Shown here: positions 56,590 to 62,350 of the stretch, in pieces
Layout: every line of letters begins with the position of its first letter
Numbering within the stretch: position 1 is the first letter of the stretch
NCBI GenBank assembly: GCA_044371435.1
Contig: JBILTQ010000001.1
Span: 1-62,350, forward strand
Source: Pirellulaceae bacterium
GTDB lineage: Bacteria > Planctomycetota > Planctomycetia > Pirellulales > Pirellulaceae
Length of the DNA: 62,350 nt
Reading direction: 5' to 3'
Notes under the pieces: model-generated
The model's database searches: none
Told to the model about the DNA's origin: nothing
Seen by the model: the letters and a program-made list of their open reading frames with translations, nothing else
Made by a program: the position numbers and the translations under genes

Positions 56590-57276
56590 TCAATCGTGGT
56601 CTGCAAAAAGCCGCGAGCCGATCCGAATCATTGTCGCTCCTTCGGCGATAGCCTCCACAAAGTCCCCGCTCATCCCCATCGATAGCTGCTCCAGCCTTAA
56701 TTTTTCTCCCAGGTCCTGCTGAAGCTCATCGCGAAGCCGACGAATCGCGGCAAAATCGCGTCCGGGAAACGGGTTATCGATACCCGCCATCCCCATTAGC
56801 CCGAGGACTTTGACGTGGCTTAACTCGCAACAACGAGTCGCTACTGGCCAAAGTTCTTCACGCGTCATCCCCGTCTTGCCGATGTCGGCCGTAAGATTAA
56901 CTTCCAACATCACCGATACGGGCGCCTTGAGCTTGGCCGCGTCCACTTCGATCTGCTCGACTAATCGCATCGAATCGATCGAATGAATACAATGAACCCA
57001 GGGAAGGATGCGTCGACTTTTATTGCGTTGCAAATGTCCGATCAAATGCCACCGAACGCCGTCGGTCCCCATGGCTTCCGCTTTCTCCCACAGCGACTGC
57101 GGCCGACTTTCCCCCAGATCCCGACAACCAGCCCTGATCAATTCCGCCGTCTGGCTCATATCCGCGTACTTGCTAACGCCGATAATGGTGATCGAATCCG
57201 GTTGGCGTTGGTAGCGTTCGGCTGCCTCCGCGACCTCTTCCCGGAGTCGCCACCAACGATCGATAATCGAAGACAT
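56590..57276 (-). CDS. yggS: YggS family pyridoxal-phosphate homeostasis protein
   Basis: ITIIGVSKY carries the PLP lysine. WHLIGHLQRNK and LSMGMSGDF are also present. Confidence 0.9.
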   Translation of the reverse strand: MSSIIDRWWRLREEVAEAAERYQRQPDSITIIGVSKYADMSQTAELIRAGCRDLGESRPQSLWEKAEAMGTDGVRWHLIGHLQRNKSRRILPWVHCIHSIDSMRLVEQIEVDAAKLKAPVSVMLEVNLTADIGKTGMTREELWPVATRCCELSHVKVLGLMGMAGIDNPFPGRDFAAIRRLRDELQQDLGEKLRLEQLSMGMSGDFVEAIAEGATMIRIGSRLFADHD

Positions 57277-57283
57277 CTCTAGA

Positions 57284-58225
57284 CTACCCCAATTCCGTGA
57301 AACGAAAGCTGACTAAATCCTCCCAAGCCTGCTGTAATTTTCGGCAGTGTTGGCCTGGTCGTCCCTCGCCGATCATTTTTCCATCGAGCGAAACGGCCGA
57401 CCAAACACAACCGGTCGAACCGGTCATCAGTACCTCTTGGGCATCGAGGAGATCCGGGGGATATAAATCAGTGAACTCTATCGCATATCCCAAAGAACCC
57501 GCCAAGCCAAGGATGGTCTTCAACGAAACGCCCACGAGGATATCGACCAAGGGAGGGCTACGGAGTTTCCCAGCCGAATCGACCACGATCAGATTGGAAA
57601 TCGAGGTCTCCGTAACGGTCGCTCGCGTGCTGAGCAGTACAGCCACGCTGGTTGGTGCAATTGCACTTCGCCGTGCTGGCGTTTCCGCCAGGCGACGATC
57701 GGCAAGGTAATACTGAAGCCGACTGCGAGTTTTCAAGCCAGGAGACCAGCACGCCGCCGGAACGTTGCGTGTCTCTGCCACATGCAAGTGCGTCCCTTGG
57801 TGATACCAACCTTTGAGCTGCTCGATGGGCAGCGGATACAAATGGAGCATCAGGGTCGGTGCCACCCCTTCCCGACGATCGATTCCAGGATCGCCGGGGG
57901 AAAGCAAAAGAACCACCCCCACATCACCAACGGCCCCAAGCGTCGGAGCATTACGTTCCAAGAGTTCATCGCACAGGAGGTGAATCGCCTGATTTGTCGG
58001 CGACCAATCGATCCCTAAAAACGCTGCCCCCTCCGCCAATCGCTGCAGATGGTCCTCCAGGGCGAAGAGCCTACCGCCGAAGGTCCTCAGTCGCTCGACC
58101 AGGATGACTCCATGGGTCGTACCAACATCTGTCGCACTCCAACTGAGCTGTTCAAGGGTAGTCCATCGACCGCTTCGATAAGCTTGCGTCGTAGCAAAGG
58201 AAGCCGCACTCCACAGGCCAGACAT
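57284..58225 (-). CDS. aminotransferase class IV family protein (branched-chain/D-amino-acid aminotransferase or ADC-lyase-like)
   Basis: LFALEDHLQRL, GLKTRSRLQYYLA, ETSISNLIVV and EVLMTGSTGCVWSAVSLDG are present. ATG 58225 (MSGLWSA) is used, because the longer track ORF (to 58414) overlaps the small basic-protein gene. Confidence 0.75.
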   Translation of the reverse strand: MSGLWSAASFATTQAYRSGRWTTLEQLSWSATDVGTTHGVILVERLRTFGGRLFALEDHLQRLAEGAAFLGIDWSPTNQAIHLLCDELLERNAPTLGAVGDVGVVLLLSPGDPGIDRREGVAPTLMLHLYPLPIEQLKGWYHQGTHLHVAETRNVPAACWSPGLKTRSRLQYYLADRRLAETPARRSAIAPTSVAVLLSTRATVTETSISNLIVVDSAGKLRSPPLVDILVGVSLKTILGLAGSLGYAIEFTDLYPPDLLDAQEVLMTGSTGCVWSAVSLDGKMIGEGRPGQHCRKLQQAWEDLVSFRFTELG

Positions 58226-58301
58226 GGCAAACTTTCCATCCCTAAAAGGCAAGACGAGCTGGAAAGCTCGTCCTGATCCAACAAAACCTAGCGATTCAAG
58301 A

Positions 58302-58595
58302 CTAAGTCTCGATCGTTTCGCGAACCTTTTGCAAAAAGTGCTCGGTTCCCGCCTTCGACAACTCTTTACAATGCTTCTCCGCATTTTTTCGTTGATCGTA
58401 TTCAAAAACCGCAACCCGCTTGAGGTTTTGGTTGAAAACTCCCCAGTACAATTTGACTCGAGGAGGCTCAGCTACCTTGCGTTTCTTGGCCGGTTTCTTC
58501 TCGGAAGCGGCTCCTTCGGTGCCCTCGGTTCCTTCCACGACTTCTTTCGCCTTTTTAGTGGCCTTCTTGGGTGCGGCTTTGGTTACAGATGCCAT
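58302..58595 (-). CDS. small basic protein (97 aa) with a Lys/Ala-rich N-terminal tail
   Basis: MASVTKAAPKKATKKAKEVVEG...EKKPAKKRKVAEPP is followed by a compact domain, VKLYWGVFNQNLKRVAVFEYDQRKNAEKHCKELSKAG. A Lys-rich ORF is unlikely to arise by chance in GC-rich DNA. It sits alone in a 486-nt gap. Confidence 0.6.
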   Translation of the reverse strand: MASVTKAAPKKATKKAKEVVEGTEGTEGAASEKKPAKKRKVAEPPRVKLYWGVFNQNLKRVAVFEYDQRKNAEKHCKELSKAGTEHFLQKVRETIET

Positions 58596-58711
58596 ACTCT
58601 TTCATCTCCCGAGGAAATAGATGATTGTGTGTCAAAAAGAAGCTGAGTTCTCGCTGTCCACCTCATTATAGTCGCCTCGGTGGATTTCTCCCAGCGCTAA
58701 CTGGAACTCCG

Positions 58712-61360
58712 CTAAAAGCTGGCTTTCAGCGGGATATTCTGCCATTTTGGATATACCCAGCGATCGAGCTGGAGCTGGCCATCCTGACGGACAACCAGGC
58801 GGATGGCGTGCTCGGTAGCTGTGTTGAGCACCACGCGGCGGGGAGCCCCGAAAGCCGGCTTGACCCGCTCACTCGCCCCCCGCGGCCCACCGCTGATCAC
58901 CACGATTTCCGGCTCACACCAATCTAAAAGGGGCTGTGGGTTTTCGACCAGGCTTCCGTGATGAGGCGCCATGTACAGAGCCACTTTGCGCCGGGGATTC
59001 GTCAAAAGCTCGCGCACTCCTTCCCCTTCCAGGTCTCCGGGCAACAGAATGCGTCTCCCGTAACATTCCAGCAGGAGGCAGAGGCTCTTGGCATTGTCCT
59101 TCCCGGAATGCATGTCGGGTGGCGGATGTAGCACCCGGAAGCACACTTGCTCATCGCCAAAGCTTTCACCAGCTTGCCTGGCAATCCGAGGTACTCCACG
59201 ACTTCGAAGCTCGACTAATACTTCCTGGATGCCTTGGCTCGCCGACTTGAGAGTAAAGTCCGTGGTTACTACCTGCCGGATTTTGAATCGCTTCGATAAA
59301 CCGGGAACCGCATTGAAATGATCGGCATCGGCGTGCGATAGCACCAACCCATCGATCCTATCCACCCCGGCATCCCAGAGCACGTTCGCAATTTCCTGAT
59401 AGCCACGCTGGGCATTTCCAAGGCTGCCAGCGTCATACAACCACGTCTCTCCCGAAGGTGTTTGCATGAGAACACTCGTACCATGCCCCACATCGATAAA
59501 AATAATCTCCAATCGTCCCGGCCTGGTTGAGGCCGCTGCTGCAGGCCACCAGGAACCGGCCGCTGACCAGGACCCAATCACTCCCCCCAACCAAAGCCAT
59601 GAAAAGATGAAGAAGAGGAATCGTTCCCGCCTCGCGAAACCTTGCAGGGCAACCAACAAGGCAAAACTCGCATAGAAAACCAGCAACCAACTCAAGGACG
59701 GTGATGCTAGCCAGAAATGACTCAGCGGCATAGTCTCGGCCCACCGTACCGTCTGATCGGTCAGTTCCAGATTAAGCCCGCACAGCCACCCCAGCGGATA
59801 CCCTAGCCAGCTACTCCAAGGTCCGACTACCAGCAAGACGAGGCCCGTCAGCAGGGCAATCAGTAAAGGCAACCACAGCGCCAAGTTGAGAAGCACAGCT
59901 ACTGGCGAAACAATATGAAAGCGATACCACACCAGAGGTGCAGTCAACCACCAAACCCAGAAACTGGTCAACGCAATTTGCATGATCCAAGTAAGCCCCC
60001 CCATGAGACGTCGTTTCGCCAGCGGCTGTGCCGCTGCTAATACATCATCGACCGACCCCGGGCGTTGCCCATGGGTGCGGCTGGATGGACTCAAGAGAAT
60101 CAAAACAGCCACGGCCAGGAAGGAAAGTTGCGTCCCGATTTCCATCCAGTAGTTTGGGCGATAGAGATACACTCCCACCGCCGCCAGCCCGAGCAGGTTA
60201 AAACTCCGCGTGGTTTTACCTATCCACCGCGCCCAACAAGACAAAACTACCACTATTGCCGCGCGTGCGACCGGGGGATTCGCTCCGCATAAAAGCGAAT
60301 ATGCGACCACGACAATCACCGTCGCTAGCAGGATGAATTTCCTCTGACAGCCTAACAGTAAACACAAGCCGAAAACACTGACCGCCACCATCTCTATATG
60401 CATCCCGGAGATAGCCAACATGTGAATGGTGCCGGTCGCCAGTAGTGACTCTTGTAATTCCCACTCTACCTGCTCGCGCTGCCCGAGCACCAACGCCGAC
60501 GCCAAGGCCGCCTGATTAAAAGCGATCTGCTGATGAAAAGCCTTATCGGCCTCGACAACAACCCACGCCAGCCAGCGGTCGAGACGCCACAGCGTTTCCC
60601 GGGACTGCCAGCGAACCTGCGTCGGACTTTCCGTTCGCCCACGAACAAAAATCCCGAGTCGACGATACTTTGCGGCCAGATCGAATTGCCCAGGATTGGT
60701 CGGCTCGGGGATCCGCTGCCACTCCAGCATTCCCAGGATCCTGTCTCCAGGAAGCAATGACCGTTGCCTCCCCTGCGCGGTTAGCAGCATGCGGCCGAAA
60801 TCGCCTGCCCGCCAGTCGCGACCATCCCGCACACGCTTCACGGTCACTTCAAAGACTGTTTGCCAACCGCCATCATCACGCAAACCCTCCACTTCAGGCC
60901 GGTCACGAAACTGCATCATGTCCGGACGCCATCGCGGGATGCTTTCGATCACTCCTTCCAAGACGACGGGATTCCACCGCGTATCTGCCATCGACTGCAA
61001 TTGATCGCGAAGCTCGCTTCGCTCTTGAAGCTGACAACGCCAAGCAGCGACCATGACCGCCAAAAACATCGTGGCTATGATCCACAGATTACCAGCCCGC
61101 ATACAGGTCAGCAGGCAGAGCCCAGCGACGGCCAGGCAGAGTGGATCAAACCAAGCAGCACTCGCAGGCAGCAGTTGCGCACCCCCCATCCCCGCCATGC
61201 AAAGGACAAAGACGGTCGGCATCGGATAGACAGTGATTCTGCTTCTCACCACCGATAGACGTTCTTTCAGCCCCACCTCGCCGCCTCCCCTTTCACTCGC
61301 CCTGCACTGCCTGCCCAAGCGTTGCCAGATAGCCGGTATCATGGACCCGGCCGTCGCCAC
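58712..61360 (-). CDS. comEC: DNA internalization-related competence protein ComEC/Rec2 with a C-terminal metallo-beta-lactamase domain
   Basis: It has a polytopic competence domain (TGTIHMLAISGMHI) and an MBL domain (IIFIDVGHGTSVLMQTP...LVLSHADADHFNAVPGL...MAPHHGS). The start is uncertain, with ATG 61222 (MPTVFVLC) as an alternative. Confidence 0.88.
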   Translation of the reverse strand: MATAGSMIPAIWQRLGRQCRASERGGGEVGLKERLSVVRSRITVYPMPTVFVLCMAGMGGAQLLPASAAWFDPLCLAVAGLCLLTCMRAGNLWIIATMFLAVMVAAWRCQLQERSELRDQLQSMADTRWNPVVLEGVIESIPRWRPDMMQFRDRPEVEGLRDDGGWQTVFEVTVKRVRDGRDWRAGDFGRMLLTAQGRQRSLLPGDRILGMLEWQRIPEPTNPGQFDLAAKYRRLGIFVRGRTESPTQVRWQSRETLWRLDRWLAWVVVEADKAFHQQIAFNQAALASALVLGQREQVEWELQESLLATGTIHMLAISGMHIEMVAVSVFGLCLLLGCQRKFILLATVIVVVAYSLLCGANPPVARAAIVVVLSCWARWIGKTTRSFNLLGLAAVGVYLYRPNYWMEIGTQLSFLAVAVLILLSPSSRTHGQRPGSVDDVLAAAQPLAKRRLMGGLTWIMQIALTSFWVWWLTAPLVWYRFHIVSPVAVLLNLALWLPLLIALLTGLVLLVVGPWSSWLGYPLGWLCGLNLELTDQTVRWAETMPLSHFWLASPSLSWLLVFYASFALLVALQGFARRERFLFFIFSWLWLGGVIGSWSAAGSWWPAAAASTRPGRLEIIFIDVGHGTSVLMQTPSGETWLYDAGSLGNAQRGYQEIANVLWDAGVDRIDGLVLSHADADHFNAVPGLSKRFKIRQVVTTDFTLKSASQGIQEVLVELRSRGVPRIARQAGESFGDEQVCFRVLHPPPDMHSGKDNAKSLCLLLECYGRRILLPGDLEGEGVRELLTNPRRKVALYMAPHHGSLVENPQPLLDWCEPEIVVISGGPRGASERVKPAFGAPRRVVLNTATEHAIRLVVRQDGQLQLDRWVYPKWQNIPLKASF

Positions 61361-61741
61361 CGCTCATTCAACCAGCCCGATTTTAAGGACGAAGGCTTCG
61401 GGATGCTAGTAAAGGAACCTGGTTAGCGGAACCAACGAAGCGCTTTCGAGGTCAGCATTCCTGCCTCATTCACCCCGCTTTACCGGTTAGCTATACTGGC
61501 CAGCGTTCGCCTGGAATCCGCCCCTTTGTCCTAGCCAACCGCCCGCCGCCTTAGCTCGGCCCGGCCGGAGCAGGCGATCCGGACGGTGATGTTTCGAGCG
61601 GTGTCAATCGCTGAACTTGTCCTCAGGGTTCGAAGGCTTTACCCAGACGATTATCAAACCTCGGCCATGCTTCCCGACGGATGGTAATGCCACGGTTGAG
61701 GCAAACTGGCATCGTTACTCTTTTTGGAAGGTCAGACCGTC

Positions 61742-62350
61742 ATGAAGATTGTGATCGTAGGAGGAGTTGCCGGTGGGGCTTCGGCAGCAGCTCGAGCCCG
61801 GCGTGTAAATGCCGAAGCTGAAATCACGATCCTGGAAAAAGGTCCATATATTTCTTTTGCTAATTGTGGTCTTCCCTATCATGTGGGCGGGGAAATCGAG
61901 GATCGCAGTAAATTACTGGTGGCCACTCCCGAACTCTTTTGGAAACGATTTCGAGTCGCCATCAGGACCTTATCGGAGGTCATCGCGATCCAACGCCAGT
62001 CCAAGACGATCGTCGTACGGAACCAGGCAACGGGTGAGCAATATGAATTGCCCTACGATCGTTTGATTTTATCGCCAGGCTCTGAACCGCGGACCCCGGA
62101 AATTCTCAACCCGTTGCCCAGCAATGCATTTCACCTATGGACGTTGAGCGATATGGATCGCATGCTTGCTTATATGAAAGAACGACCACCAAAAAATGCG
62201 GTTGTCCTTGGCGGTGGCTTCGTTGGTCTGGAAGTTGTCGAGCAACTGCAGCAACGTGGGGTTCAAGTCACCCTCGTGGAGCGCAACCCGCAGGTCCTGA
62301 AGCCACTGGATCCAGAATTTGCAGCCTTGATTCACGACCGTTTGAAAGCT
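61742..62350 (+). CDS. FAD-dependent pyridine nucleotide-disulfide oxidoreductase (CoA-disulfide reductase / NADH oxidase family); 3' end runs off the window
   Basis: My own translation from ATG 61742 gives MKIVIVGGVAGGASAAARARR...SFANCGLPYHVGG (single redox Cys context)...LILSPGSEP...AVVLGGGFVGLEVVEQL. The frame is open to the window end. Confidence 0.85.
   Translation, partial: MKIVIVGGVAGGASAAARARRVNAEAEITILEKGPYISFANCGLPYHVGGEIEDRSKLLVATPELFWKRFRVAIRTLSEVIAIQRQSKTIVVRNQATGEQYELPYDRLILSPGSEPRTPEILNPLPSNAFHLWTLSDMDRMLAYMKERPPKNAVVLGGGFVGLEVVEQLQQRGVQVTLVERNPQVLKPLDPEFAALIHDRLKA

Noticed and set aside
58226-58414. A longer form of the class IV aminotransferase ORF (start at 58414).
   Set aside because: The extension overlaps the better-supported small basic-protein gene in another frame and adds no recognisable sequence. 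The internal ATG at 58225 precedes the conserved region.
61550-61660. tRNA-like fragments: TAGCTCGG..GGAGC (D-arm-like) and GGTTCGAAGG (T-loop-like).
   Set aside because: I could not build a cloverleaf. The anticodon-stem candidates are not complementary, and the T-stem flanks (CAGGG / GCTTT) do not pair. No other tRNA or rRNA signatures were seen in the window.

Overview
This 62.35-kb window looks like ordinary, gene-dense chromosome from a GC-rich member of the Planctomycetota. The taxonomic call is inferred from gene content, and I cannot name the species. The supporting content is a formylglycine-type sulfatase, a PVC-type CxxCH heme-binding dehydrogenase-domain protein, Tat-signal xylose-isomerase-like TIM-barrel enzymes, several proteins over 1000 aa, and a giant extracellular protein with an N-terminal RR..ME.ME.R motif.

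I call 44 protein-coding genes. About 25 are confidently recognisable housekeeping or envelope genes: mdh, metF, pyrD, trpS, acpS, dprA, trmB, an icd-like gene, lpxK, uppP, dapF, yggS, comEC and others. I saw no rRNA, tRNA, CRISPR array, transposase, integrase, phage gene or recognisable defence gene.

The less ordinary content is envelope-related:
- A TPR-TPR-ExbB-ExbD-ExbD operon with no TonB, TolA or receptor partner in the window.
- A secreted LolA-like protein divergently paired with an N-terminally anchored 1185-aa beta-rich giant.
- A half-size PqiA plus a two-MCE PqiB-like pair, packed tightly behind trpS-acpS.
- A roughly 8-kb minus-strand gene string containing an AsmA/TamB-like giant, a GT39 glycosyltransferase and a secreted protein with an odd Gly-rich/hydrophobic/acidic C-terminus.
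- A WD40 protein followed by a 1412-aa protein built from six Cna-B/SdrD-like repeats plus FG-GAP repeats.
- A NatA-like ABC ATPase with a NatB-permease::CPBP-protease fusion.

I also flag a few small nucleotide-level structures: a 16-nt tandem duplication, a 25-nt palindrome inside a 480-nt non-coding gap, and a hairpin that abuts the uppP start codon.

Every functional call comes from reading motifs by eye, with no database search. The system-level ideas are hypotheses. I cannot show that any of them is truly undescribed.
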